Counted from the first letter of the stretch, positions 41,359 through 50,372 are shown. The stretch is 64,000 bases of DNA from Acidimicrobiales bacterium (GCA_035536185.1 DATLOM010000021.1:41731-105730); one strand, 5' to 3'. The notes: generated from the letters alone by a model not told the origin. Program-made: numbers and translations.

Positions 41359-42366
41359 CTAGGCCGAGCCCGCTCCCAACGACTCGGGGCGCCCGAAGGC
41401 GGCGGCCCGGACGCCGCGCAGCGCCAGCTCCTGAAGGAAGGGCAAGGGGTCCTCGACCATCTCGGCCAGACCGCTGGCGCCTGACCGGGCGAGGAGGCCC
41501 CGCATGGCCCAGTCGGCAGCCACGCCGGCGACCGTCCCGGCGGCCACCGCCGGGCGGTCGAGGGCGCCGAGCACCCGCACATCGGTCGCCTGGCCCCGCC
41601 GCCCCCGCACCTCGACCCGTAGGGCGCCAAGGGTGCCCTCCGGGTGAGGCCGGCGCATCATGGGCAGGCGCGCCGTCAACCGGTCACGGCGGGATGCGGC
41701 CACCCGGGCAGTGACCCTCGTCACACCTGGGAAGGCGGGCACGAGCACTAGGGGGTCGGGCGCCGCCGCGTGGTAGCAGTCGCGGGAACCGATGGGGTCG
41801 GGGAACCAGGCCAGCTCCCGGCCGGAGCCGCCCCGTCTCGTGGTCCACACCCCGTCCCGCCACTCCGGGCCGTCGGCCCCCCGGGCGGCGTGGTGGTGCT
41901 CCGCACAGGCAGGGCCGCCCGTGCCCGACTTGGCCACGTGCACCTCCTCCACACGATCGAAGCCCGCGGCCGCGTGCTTGGCCAGCAGGCAACCCAAACC
42001 GGGCGCGAAGGCCGCTCCGACGACGACGCTGCGATCCCGGCGGCGGGCCTCCTCGTCGAGCGCGAGCAGGCCCCGCACCTCGGCGAGGTCGTCGGCGATC
42101 GATACGACGTGGGCACCGGCGGCCAGCGCCGCCGCCGCCATGGGCGCGTGCCCGCTCGGCAGAGCGAGCACCACCACGGCGGCAGCGTCGAGGGCATCCG
42201 AGCCCCACGACCCGACGGCCGCCGGCGGGCCCAGCGACGCGGCCACGGCGTCGGACCGCGCTCGGTCGGTGTCGATCACCACCAGCTCCGTAGACGCTCC
42301 CGGCGTAAGTACCTGGCGCGCCGCCCGGGCGCCCACCGCCCCCAGCCCGGCTACTACGACCTTCAC
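41359..42366 (-). CDS. Saccharopine dehydrogenase-like NAD(P)-binding protein
   Basis: 335 aa. N-terminal Rossmann motif MKVVVAGLGAVGARAA. The overall pattern resembles the Sacchrp_dh family. Function unknown. Confidence 0.6.
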   Translation of the reverse strand: MKVVVAGLGAVGARAARQVLTPGASTELVVIDTDRARSDAVAASLGPPAAVGSWGSDALDAAAVVVLALPSGHAPMAAAALAAGAHVVSIADDLAEVRGLLALDEEARRRDRSVVVGAAFAPGLGCLLAKHAAAGFDRVEEVHVAKSGTGGPACAEHHHAARGADGPEWRDGVWTTRRGGSGRELAWFPDPIGSRDCYHAAAPDPLVLVPAFPGVTRVTARVAASRRDRLTARLPMMRRPHPEGTLGALRVEVRGRRGQATDVRVLGALDRPAVAAGTVAGVAADWAMRGLLARSGASGLAEMVEDPLPFLQELALRGVRAAAFGRPESLGAGSA

Positions 42367-42557
42367 TACCGGAGATCCGGCCCCGAGAGCTCGTGCCAGG
42401 CCCCGCCCGGTGTCGGTGTCGACGTGGCGCTGTTCCTGCGGGAGCGCAGCGCGGCGGTGGCGGCACTAGCCACGCTGACAACGATCAGTACCCGCCGGAC
42501 CACCTTCACGCTTCGCACGTGGACACCCTACCGGGGCCCTGTGCCAGGCCCTCCGGC

Positions 42558-44033
42558 TCAGGCATCCGGCGGGCAATTCTTGCCCTTGCCCTGGGACCGG
42601 CAGCTCGGGGACGGCACCGTGGGGCCAATGGTGGTCGTGGGGGGCCCAGCAGGCGTAGTCGTCACGACGGGGGGCAGGGGAGCTGTCGTTGGTGGGGCGG
42701 TCGTCGGTGAAGGCAACGGTGTTGGCTCCGGCGCCGGCGCAGCCAACGGTTCGACGGCCGGTGGGCCCGCTGCCGGCGGAACGGTCGGGGCCGGGGGTAC
42801 GGGCGCGGGCGGCAGCGTCACCCGCGGCGCCGTCACACGGGGAAGCGTCGGGACTGTCCTCCTCGGGAGCAGCCTCGAGGGACCGACGGATCCTGCCTCG
42901 GGTCTCGTGGTCGACTGCGCTGGCGTAGTCCCGTCCGCGGAGTCGGGCCGCTCGACCGGCACCGGCTCCCCGCCGGCCATCTCCGGCCAGAGCGGGACCT
43001 CAGGAGCGGGCTCCAGCCCCCGCGTCCGTCCGGACGCCTTCCTGATGCGCTCGAGCAGCTGCAGGCCGGACCAGTCGCCGACCTCCAGGCGGCGCAGGCC
43101 CAGGCGAGCATCGTCACTGCTCACCAACGGGACCTTCTCCTGGTCGTCCTGGTGGAAGGCGACGTGATAACGACGAGCCACCTCCTCGGCCAGCACCTTG
43201 CGGATGCCGGGGTGGTTGGTGCGCTCCGCCCCGTAGGCGCCGAACGGATAGGCGAAGGCCACCGGCCGACGTCCGACGTGGCCCTCGATGGCGGTGCTGG
43301 CCCTGCGAAGATCAACGCGTACGCGGAGCCGGTACTCGTCGAGGGACTCACCGGGTGAGAGGCTGGTGAGGGCCGGAAGTTCGCTGCCGGCAGCGGTCTC
43401 CTGCTCATGGTGAAGTCCCGAGGTGTGCGACTGGAGGTCCCAGCGCCCCGAGCGGGCGTAGCCCTCCAGCTTCTCCCACGAGGCGTAGTAGATGCCCGGC
43501 TTCTCGGCCGCGCCGGTGATCACGAACATGGTGGCGACCATCCCCGCTTCGGCGAGAAGAGGGTCGGCGAACATCATGGCGTCGGTACGGCCGTCGTCGA
43601 AGGAGATCATCACCGCCTTGGCGGGGAGAGGACGACCGCCGCTGAAGGCGGCGGCAACCTGGGCGGCGGTGACGGCGCGCATGCCGGCGGCACGCAGGAT
43701 CGCCAGGTGCTCGGCGAAGCGCTCGGGGGATACGACGAACCCGCCGTCGCCGTCGGAAGCGGACCCGATGCCGTGGTAGGCGAGGGCCATGACCGGCCCC
43801 TGGTACTTCGGCGCCGCCGAGATGGCGGCGGCAAGCTCGGCCTTGGTGAGTTCCGGCAGGGAGGGGGGCCTGAGGGCGACCGACGCCCGATCCCGCACCA
43901 GCCGTCCCTCGGGGGTGAGGTTGGCGTAGGCGACGAACGGGAGCGCGGAGAGGGGGATGGCGATCAAGCCGGAGACGACCTGGCGCAGCCGCGGGCGAAG
44001 CGCCCTCGAACGGGTGGACGAGGCGCCGCTCAT
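42558..44033 (-). CDS. Polysaccharide deacetylase (NodB-homology, CE4) with signal/TM anchor and Pro-rich tail
   Basis: 491 aa. NodB motif VMISFDDGRTD. Later FAYPFGAYG and a C-terminal P/T/A-rich low-complexity region. ATGA-type overlap with the upstream synthase gene (44030-44033). Confidence 0.85.
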   Translation of the reverse strand: MSGASSTRSRALRPRLRQVVSGLIAIPLSALPFVAYANLTPEGRLVRDRASVALRPPSLPELTKAELAAAISAAPKYQGPVMALAYHGIGSASDGDGGFVVSPERFAEHLAILRAAGMRAVTAAQVAAAFSGGRPLPAKAVMISFDDGRTDAMMFADPLLAEAGMVATMFVITGAAEKPGIYYASWEKLEGYARSGRWDLQSHTSGLHHEQETAAGSELPALTSLSPGESLDEYRLRVRVDLRRASTAIEGHVGRRPVAFAYPFGAYGAERTNHPGIRKVLAEEVARRYHVAFHQDDQEKVPLVSSDDARLGLRRLEVGDWSGLQLLERIRKASGRTRGLEPAPEVPLWPEMAGGEPVPVERPDSADGTTPAQSTTRPEAGSVGPSRLLPRRTVPTLPRVTAPRVTLPPAPVPPAPTVPPAAGPPAVEPLAAPAPEPTPLPSPTTAPPTTAPLPPVVTTTPAGPPTTTIGPTVPSPSCRSQGKGKNCPPDA

Positions 44034-45574
44034 ACGTCCGACCGGACCGGCTCGACGGCCCCCTCCCGCCGGCCATGCTCGTAATCCTCAGGTGTACCGA
44101 ATCGTTCCGGCCGCACGGCGTCGCGCCTCTCGGGTGGCAAGGCGACGACGAGCTCGGGGTCGACCTTTGCGTGCTCCACGGTGGATGCGCGGGTGCCCCA
44201 CCGGGTGTCGCGCATGGTGAGAATGCCCCAGTAGGTCTGGAAGACCAGCACGCTCATGTAGAGGGCCACGAAGGTCATTCCGTGGTACCACAGGCCGTCG
44301 TGGCGCTTGAACGCGTAGAACAGCGAGTAGAGCAGCGCCATGGCGTAGGTGCCGATGATGTAGAACCAGAGCCCCCCCGGCTGGCCACCGACGAGCCGGC
44401 CGGCAACGGCATGCAACACGACCCACGGCGCCATGAACGGGAAGGCGATGGAGGCGTAGGTGAACACTGCGGCCACCGGGTTCTTCCTCCAGAAGTAGCG
44501 CAGAACCTGTAGCGACTCGCGGAGCCATGACTTCTTCCAGCGCAGCTGCTGTCGGAAGAAGACCCGCAAGGAGTCCGGGGCGACGGTCTCCGCCCGGGCC
44601 GACGCCTGGTAGACGACGCGGTGGCTGGCCAGGATGCGGTTGGTCAGCGCCCGGTCGTCGCCGAAGGTGGCGGGCCGGCCCAGGAAGGTCTGGAACTCCC
44701 AGGCATCCAGCAGGGGGAGCACGACACTCCGCCGGTAGGCGGCACAGCATCCCGAGGCGCAGGTGACCGTGCCCGCCAGCAGCGACTCCGCGCCCTTTAT
44801 CACCCGGAAGGCCGAGAAGTAGCGGACCTGTTGCATCTTGGTGATCCAGTTGACCGAGTGGTTCCGGACATCGGCGTGACCCACCACGGCCCCGACCCGC
44901 TGGTCGGCGAAGGGTGCCACGATGGCCGTCAGCGCGTCGGGGTCGAGGTACGAGTCGGAGTCGACGAAGCACAGGATCTCGCCCCGTGCCCGGCGGATTC
45001 CCTCGGCCATGGCCGCTCGCTTGCCGTAGTTGCGGCCGAGGGTCACCGCATACAGCCCCGGCCACCGGGCCTTGGCCTCCTGAATGCGTTCCCACGTGGC
45101 ATCGGTGGACCCGTCGTCGACCACGATGACCTCGAAGAGAGCCGCCGGGTAGTCGACGGCCAGGCAGGAGGCAATCGTCCCGATGATCCCGTCCTCCTCG
45201 TTGAAGCCGGGGACGACGATCGACACCGTCGGCCGATGCTGGCGGTCGGGAGCGGATCGGTAGAAGAGGGCCAGGACGAAGCGGCCCAGCACGTAGAAGA
45301 CGACGGCGATGGAGTAGGAGGCGAACAGCGGGTCCCGGCCCAACGTGGCAAAAGTGAGGTCCTTGGTGAGCCATATGAAGCCCAGGATGAGCACGGCGTA
45401 GGCGGCGACAACCACCTTGAGGATGCCCCGGAGCAGCCGCTGGAGGATCAAAGCAGGATGACGTGGTCGTCCCGACGGTGCCGGGTCGTACCGGTGGCGT
45501 CGAACACCAGCGGCGAGGATGCGACGACCGTGTCGTAGTCGACGTCGGAGTGGGCCGTGAGGATGACCACGCAA
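44030..45574 (-). CDS. GT2 processive polysaccharide synthase, HasA/NodC/chitin-synthase-like
   Basis: Motifs VVDDGSTD, VDSDSY, CASGCCAAYRR, FGDDRALTN, FRQQLRWKKSWLRES and RDTRWGTR parallel my recollection of Streptococcus HasA (GDDRCLTNYA, QQNRWNKSFFRES, NTEWGTR). The longest ORF starts at 45574 but overlaps the upstream gene by 127 nt. A TTG at 45451 overlapping that gene's TGA (TTGA) is the more likely start, giving 473 aa. Confidence 0.88.
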   Translation of the reverse strand: MRGHPHGPLRRRLRHGRRILAAGVRRHRYDPAPSGRPRHPALILQRLLRGILKVVVAAYAVLILGFIWLTKDLTFATLGRDPLFASYSIAVVFYVLGRFVLALFYRSAPDRQHRPTVSIVVPGFNEEDGIIGTIASCLAVDYPAALFEVIVVDDGSTDATWERIQEAKARWPGLYAVTLGRNYGKRAAMAEGIRRARGEILCFVDSDSYLDPDALTAIVAPFADQRVGAVVGHADVRNHSVNWITKMQQVRYFSAFRVIKGAESLLAGTVTCASGCCAAYRRSVVLPLLDAWEFQTFLGRPATFGDDRALTNRILASHRVVYQASARAETVAPDSLRVFFRQQLRWKKSWLRESLQVLRYFWRKNPVAAVFTYASIAFPFMAPWVVLHAVAGRLVGGQPGGLWFYIIGTYAMALLYSLFYAFKRHDGLWYHGMTFVALYMSVLVFQTYWGILTMRDTRWGTRASTVEHAKVDPELVVALPPERRDAVRPERFGTPEDYEHGRREGAVEPVRSDV

Positions 45575-46899
45575 TCGGCGGCGGCGAGAAGGTCTGCGTC
45601 GAGCGGGACCGAGTGCAGCAGCCGCTCGTGATCTTCGGCCTCCGGCCCTCCTCGGGGCGCGTCTCCCGCCCGCCTGCTGCTCAGGTTCACCGACGTGACA
45701 TGGTCGTCGTGGTAGACGCAGTCGGCGCCGGCGTCGAGCAGGTGACGCAGGACCCGGAGCGCAGGAGACTCCCGCACGTCGTCCACTCCTGCCTTGTAGG
45801 CCAGGCCCAGCACCACGACCCGGGCTCCCCGGAGCGGCTTTCCCATCCCGTTGAGCGCCTCGCCGATGCGACTGGCCACGTAGGCGGGCATGCGGTTGTT
45901 GACCGAGCGGGCGTGCTCTATGAACCCGATGCCGAACCCGAGGCGCTGCTCCACCTTCCAGGAGAGATAGCTCGGGTCGATGGCGATGCAGTGGCCGCCC
46001 ACACCGGGCCCGGGCCAGAACGGGAGGTAGCCGAAAGGCTTGGTGGCGGCCGCGTCGAGGGCCTCCCAGATGTCGACGCCGATGGCCGATGCGATGGTGG
46101 CGAGCTCGTTCACGAGGGCGATGTTCACCTGGCGGAAGGTGTTCTCGATCAGCTTCACCATCTCTGCATTTCGGGTCGACGAGACCGGCACGACATGGTC
46201 CACCACCGCGCCGTAGAAGCGGCAGGCCAGGTCGGTGGCCATGGCGCCGAGGCCGGCGACGATCTTCGGCGTCTCCCGTACGGAACGACCGCTGCCAGGA
46301 TCGATGCGCTCCGGTGAATAGCCGAGGGCGAAATCCCGGCCGGCGACCAAACCACCCCTTTCGAGGATCGGGCGCACCAGATCCTCGGTGGTGCCCGGAT
46401 AGGTCGTCGACTCGAGGACGATCAACTGACCCGGCCGCAAGATCCGAGCGATGTCTCCGGCCGCGGCCCTCACCAGGGACAGGTCGGGCCCGCCGTCCCG
46501 GAGGGGAGTGGGAACTGCGATCACGATGACGTCGGCCGCGACGAGCACGCGGTGGTCGGTAGTGAACTGGACCTGTTCCAGGGCCGTCAAGTCCTCTCCG
46601 CTCACGTCCCCCACGTATGAACAGCCGGTGCGCAGTGCCTGCACCTTGGCCCGGTCGGTGTCCAGCCCGATCACCGCAAAGCCTTCTTTGCCGGCGGCGA
46701 CGAGCAGCGGAAGACCGACATAACCAAGCCCCACCACCGCAACCATGGCCGTCCGGTCGTCGATCCGGTCCGCCAGGCCGCCCAGCGGGCTCAGGTCCGG
46801 GTGGCCGCCGAGCGCCTGCCCATCGTCATCGCCCAGCTCCAGCCGGGTCGCGTCACCGGCATCGACCTCTCTGGGCACGGTCAGCTGCGTAGGGGTCAT
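45448..46899 (-). CDS. Nucleotide-sugar dehydrogenase (UDP-glucose/GDP-mannose dehydrogenase family, WecC/WbpA-like)
   Basis: 483 aa. Rossmann VAVVGLGYVGLPLL preceded by LADRIDDRTA, typical of UDP-N-acetyl-hexosamine dehydrogenases. Catalytic region GGHCI. Confidence 0.88.
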   Translation of the reverse strand: MTPTQLTVPREVDAGDATRLELGDDDGQALGGHPDLSPLGGLADRIDDRTAMVAVVGLGYVGLPLLVAAGKEGFAVIGLDTDRAKVQALRTGCSYVGDVSGEDLTALEQVQFTTDHRVLVAADVIVIAVPTPLRDGGPDLSLVRAAAGDIARILRPGQLIVLESTTYPGTTEDLVRPILERGGLVAGRDFALGYSPERIDPGSGRSVRETPKIVAGLGAMATDLACRFYGAVVDHVVPVSSTRNAEMVKLIENTFRQVNIALVNELATIASAIGVDIWEALDAAATKPFGYLPFWPGPGVGGHCIAIDPSYLSWKVEQRLGFGIGFIEHARSVNNRMPAYVASRIGEALNGMGKPLRGARVVVLGLAYKAGVDDVRESPALRVLRHLLDAGADCVYHDDHVTSVNLSSRRAGDAPRGGPEAEDHERLLHSVPLDADLLAAADCVVILTAHSDVDYDTVVASSPLVFDATGTTRHRRDDHVILL

Positions 46900-47144
46900 G
46901 CGGTCCTTTCACCGGCGCAGGGATGTCACGCACAGTGAGATTCGGTCCCCCTCTTTGCCGACTTGAGCAGCGGTTAAGGCCCGTCCGCAATCGGTACTTT
47001 GCCGCTTTCGACGCGCCGACCGCGGTACGAGGTTTCGGTCCGAGCCCTCGTGCGCTTTGGCGCGGTGACTATGTCCTCGACGGTTTGGCCACCGTTGACC
47101 GCGCGATGCGGTCGCGCTGACTTGACGTTGACTGCAGAGAACCG

Positions 47145-48173
47145 CTACTGAAGCAGACGCTCGGTCGCTTCTTGGATCGCAGCGTAAAGCTCGCCGACTC
47201 CTCCGGTCTCCTCGTAATCGGCAGCGGCCTCGGCGAGAACATACACTCTTTGGGCGGACTCAGCGAGTGCCTCACGGCCGATATCGTCCTGGCTTGCTGC
47301 CAACGTTGTTCGCAGGGCCAAGGCGATCGTCTCGGATGCCGCTACGGCGAGTTCGGACTCGGGTGTGACCTGTAGTAGTTCGGTCAATGCGCTCGCGAGT
47401 TCCGCAAGAGCGGCCATCCGTTGCTGCTGAGCGCCGAGCCGCGTCTGCTCCGCGAACCATCCGATGAAATCTTCGAAGGCGAGCCGTTGCGATTCATCGG
47501 GCCGCGGAAGCGTGATTGAGTGCTCATCGCCTGCGCCGGGCGACCAGACAGCTTCGCCAGAGAAGTGGAGCTGGTTCTCACCGAGAAGGTGAGCGGCCCA
47601 CCACTTCGCATTGGAGTCGCCATGGATACCGTGGAGCGCCTGCAGCTGCTCCTTCTTCTGGGTCTTCTTCGGTTCGGACCACCGCCACCAAAATTGCTCA
47701 GGGTCGAATAGCAGGTCAGCTGGGTCACCAACCAGCAGCCGTTCGAAGTAGACGATGTCATGAGCGCGAACAACGACCCGTGCGTAACCGATCTCGTCGA
47801 GCCGATAGAGGCGCATGCTCTCGTGCACGTGCTCGTTGCAGAAGTTGATAACCGCACGTCCGAGCGCTTGTACTCCCTCGTCCGACTCGTGCGACGCTTG
47901 GATGAGCGACGCGGCGTTCGGGATCTTTGCTCGTTTCCATGTGACGGGCGTGTCCTGCTTCGTGGACTTGACCTGCCAACCGTAACCACCTTCCTGCGCG
48001 ACGACGTCGATGAAGTCGTATGTGTTCAGAACCTCGCCCTCCCGGACGCGAGCGAGAACGGTCTCGGCGTACGCGCCGGGGATGCTCGCGGCAGCGAAGG
48101 GTAGGCGGAAGTAGTTCTGCAGAAGCTCGCCGATGCGCTCAAGCTGGTCGCTCGTGGAGTAGACACGACTCAC
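47145..48173 (-). CDS. Putative type II restriction endonuclease (PD-(D/E)xK-like)
   Basis: 342 aa. Called from position immediately downstream of, and overlapping, a C-protein gene and next to an m5C MTase and vsr. Candidate nuclease core YDFIDVVAQEGGYGWQVKS. No family recognised; C-terminal third is Ala-rich and helical. Confidence 0.6.
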   Translation of the reverse strand: MSRVYSTSDQLERIGELLQNYFRLPFAAASIPGAYAETVLARVREGEVLNTYDFIDVVAQEGGYGWQVKSTKQDTPVTWKRAKIPNAASLIQASHESDEGVQALGRAVINFCNEHVHESMRLYRLDEIGYARVVVRAHDIVYFERLLVGDPADLLFDPEQFWWRWSEPKKTQKKEQLQALHGIHGDSNAKWWAAHLLGENQLHFSGEAVWSPGAGDEHSITLPRPDESQRLAFEDFIGWFAEQTRLGAQQQRMAALAELASALTELLQVTPESELAVAASETIALALRTTLAASQDDIGREALAESAQRVYVLAEAAADYEETGGVGELYAAIQEATERLLQ

Positions 48174-48403
48174 AGTCCCGCCTCGGCGAGGAGTTCGCTC
48201 GCACTACATGAGAGCCCGAGCGCGAGGTGGGCGAGTGTGGTGACGGTCGGATTGCGGATCCCGCGCTCGACCGCTCCAATGTACGTCCGGTGGAGTCCGC
48301 ACCTCTCGGCGAGTTGCTCCTGGCTGAGACCGCTGGAATGCCTCCGGGACGCGATAATCCCACCAACCGCCGTGAGTACCGCCTGCCTGTCGACGCTCGC
48401 CAC
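48170..48403 (-). CDS. R-M controller (C) protein, XRE-family HTH
   Basis: 77 aa. GLSQEQLAERCGLHRTYIGAVERGIRNPTVTTLAHLALGL is a canonical C-protein/XRE HTH. Its stop overlaps the downstream REase start. A C-box-like operator lies 13 nt upstream. Confidence 0.85.
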   Translation of the reverse strand: MASVDRQAVLTAVGGIIASRRHSSGLSQEQLAERCGLHRTYIGAVERGIRNPTVTTLAHLALGLSCSASELLAEAGL

Positions 48404-48416
48404 TTCGCCAGCCCAA

Positions 48417-48448
48417 CAGACTGCAGTCTATGAGTCTACAGTCTATGC
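48417..48448 (-). promoter_or_regulatory. C-box-like operator
   Basis: The minus strand reads CATAGACTGTAGACTCATAGACTGCAGTCTGT. That is three TAGACT half-sites plus one inverted AGTCT, including the 12-bp palindrome AGACTGCAGTCT. The GACT/AGTC half-sites resemble known C-box operators. Confidence 0.6.
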
Positions 48449-48465
48449 GTAACAAGCACCTGCCC

Positions 48466-49593
48466 CTACTTGACGAGTCGGGCCCTGACGGAGCCAGCGA
48501 TTGCAGCGGCCAGCAGGGCAGGCACCGCGTTGCCAACCTGGCGGCAACGGGCCGTCTTCCCTCCGATGAACCGAACGTTGTCGTCAAACGATTGCAGGCG
48601 CGCGGCCTCCCGAACAGTGATCGTTCGGGCGTCGTACGGGTGGTAGAACATGCCGCTGCCCGGGTGGTACATCCAGGTCGTGATCGTGAGAGCGGGGATG
48701 TCCCACGCCATCCGGCGATAAGCGCTTCCGTAGCCGCTCTTCGGCGCCAGGTGTGGCGGCAGTTTCTCAGCCCCGTCTCCTTCGCCGAGGTACGTGAGGC
48801 GCTCCCGCTGCACCTCGCTCATCCGCCAAGCGTGGTGTTCCGTGAGCTCGGAGACGCCGACCCGGCGCTCCTTCTGGTACGTGGTCGTCGGCTCTCGCCG
48901 GTACGACGTCCAAGTTTCGCCTTCGCCAAGTCCGGCGAGGTCACCGATGGCATCTCGGATCGTACGGTAGGGCTCGAGCGGGAAGAGACCGTCGTCCATG
49001 CTCTCGCCGTGAGACTTCGCAGGCAGGGCGATCGGCCCCGCCCGCGCGGCCAGGATGATCGCCCGACGCCGGCGCTGAGGTACTCCGTAGTCAGCAGCGT
49101 TCAAGACCCCGGCGGACATCGAGTAGCCCAAGTCGCCCAGGCGGCTCTCGATCTCGGTGGCGAAGCGGCCTTGCTCCTTGATCAGGAGTTCCGGGACGTT
49201 CTCGATGACGATGGCTCGCGGCCGAAGCTCCTCGACGAATCGCAAGTACTCCTTGAACAGGTAGTTCCGCGGGTCGTCGACAAACGCGCCGGCTACGTGG
49301 CGTCGAGCGCGATTCTTAGAGAACCCCTGGCAAGGAGGCCCCCCGACAAGGACGTCGAGTTCCCCCTTCCGGAGCCCGAGATCATCCAGCACTCGCTCAC
49401 TCGGCAAGTCTTCGATCGGGCCGGACCATGTCAACGCGTCCTGGTGGTTGAGCTTGAATGCCTCCAACGCCGCGTCATCGAAGTCGTTCCCACCGACGAC
49501 AATGAAGCCGGCGGCCTCGAAGCCAGTGGAGAGACCTCCGCAGCCGCAGAAGAGGTCGAGGACCTTCAGACCCATGCTCTCGATGTTACTCAT
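48466..49593 (-). CDS. dcm: DNA (cytosine-5)-methyltransferase
   Basis: 375 aa. Motif I LDLFCGCGGLSTGF, motif IV GGPPCQGFS, motif VI ENV, motif VIII QRRRR, motif X GNAVP. Confidence 0.95.
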   Translation of the reverse strand: MSNIESMGLKVLDLFCGCGGLSTGFEAAGFIVVGGNDFDDAALEAFKLNHQDALTWSGPIEDLPSERVLDDLGLRKGELDVLVGGPPCQGFSKNRARRHVAGAFVDDPRNYLFKEYLRFVEELRPRAIVIENVPELLIKEQGRFATEIESRLGDLGYSMSAGVLNAADYGVPQRRRRAIILAARAGPIALPAKSHGESMDDGLFPLEPYRTIRDAIGDLAGLGEGETWTSYRREPTTTYQKERRVGVSELTEHHAWRMSEVQRERLTYLGEGDGAEKLPPHLAPKSGYGSAYRRMAWDIPALTITTWMYHPGSGMFYHPYDARTITVREAARLQSFDDNVRFIGGKTARCRQVGNAVPALLAAAIAGSVRARLVK

Positions 49594-49610
49594 AGTCGCT
49601 CTCCAGGTTC

Positions 49611-50072
49611 GTGGACCTACGCCCGCTCTGCGCGAGGTGTCAGGGCGCCGTGAGGACTAGGCGCCGATCAGCGGCCGCTATCTCGGCGGCGATGCGTGGG
49701 AGCCGACGTCGTGACACCCGGCCCGAGTTGGCATTGCGGCAAGAGCTCCATCGTCGTGGCCTGCGGTACGGGGTGGACCGCCCCGTTGTCGCCGGAGCTG
49801 TACGCGTGCGCCCGGATGTCGTGTTCCCGCGTGTGCGCGTCGCTGTGTTTGTGGACGGGTGCTGGTGGCACCGGTGTCCGGTCCACGGTCGAGAGCCCGA
49901 ACGAAACCTTGATTACTGGACCCCGAAGTTTGAGAGGAACATCCTTCGGGACCGTCGAGTCGACGCAGCGCTTGAGGCTGACGGGTGGACCGTCATCCGG
50001 ATCTGGGAACACGAGTCGGCCGGTGACGGCGCCGATCTCGTCGAAACTGTCATCCATCGAGAAGCGCGGTAG
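49611..50072 (+). CDS. vsr: Very-short-patch repair endonuclease
   Basis: 153 aa. RRRDTRPELALRQELHRRGLRY, PDVVFPRVRVAVFVDGCWWHRCP, NILRDRRVDAALEADGWTVIRIWEHE. Divergent from the m5C MTase with a 17-nt gap. Confidence 0.92.
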   Translation: MDLRPLCARCQGAVRTRRRSAAAISAAMRGSRRRDTRPELALRQELHRRGLRYGVDRPVVAGAVRVRPDVVFPRVRVAVFVDGCWWHRCPVHGREPERNLDYWTPKFERNILRDRRVDAALEADGWTVIRIWEHESAGDGADLVETVIHREAR

Positions 50073-50075
50073 ACG

Positions 50076-50372
50076 GTGGACACACGCTTCTGCGACCCAA
50101 TCCGGAGGCGCGATGTGCTGGAGGTTGTGTATCGCGGTACGACGCGAGTCGTCGAGCCCCATGGCCATGGCATCACCAGATCCGGGATGGAGGTCGTTCT
50201 CGTTTACCAGCGAGCCGGCGCGAGCAAGTCGGGGCGGGCGGAGGGTTGGAAGACGCTGCACGCCTCGGACATCGAGGCGGTGCGATTGCTCGGCACGAGG
50301 TTCCTGCGCGTGCGGGAAGATGCCGACCCGGACGCGCGAGAACTCGGAACGGTGCACTGCTTCGCCGGCTAG
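50076..50372 (+). CDS. Small WYL-like (SH3 beta-barrel) domain protein
   Basis: 98 aa. GTG lies 3 nt after the vsr stop. Pattern VVYRGTTRVVEPHGHGITRSGMEVVLVYQRAGASKSGRAEGWKTLHASDIEAVRLLGTRF matches a small family I recall being annotated as WYL-domain-containing. High third-position G+C. Preferred over the antisense ORF 49668-50390, which overlaps vsr. Confidence 0.5.
   Translation: MDTRFCDPIRRRDVLEVVYRGTTRVVEPHGHGITRSGMEVVLVYQRAGASKSGRAEGWKTLHASDIEAVRLLGTRFLRVREDADPDARELGTVHCFAG

Noticed and set aside
41192-41362. Unlisted 56-codon acidic ORF (VDDEELEPDDEDQGVLDRLRQMPVGVTDPNIIGDAGPTDIPPGSDPPLPAEDDGVP) with high third-position G+C. A second unlisted 47-codon ORF lies at 42366-42509(-), with a signal-like N-terminus, overlapping the start of the saccharopine-dehydrogenase-like gene.
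   Set aside because: Both are too short and have no recognisable family. Coding-like composition alone is weak evidence in high-G+C DNA. They are worth a ribosome-profiling or conservation check but are not reported as features.
45452-45574. N-terminal 41-codon extension of the HasA-like synthase ORF.
   Set aside because: It overlaps the 3' end of the dehydrogenase gene by 127 nt and is Arg-rich with no family signal. A TTG overlapping the upstream TGA (TTGA at 45448-45451) gives a normal N-terminus just before the first TM helix.
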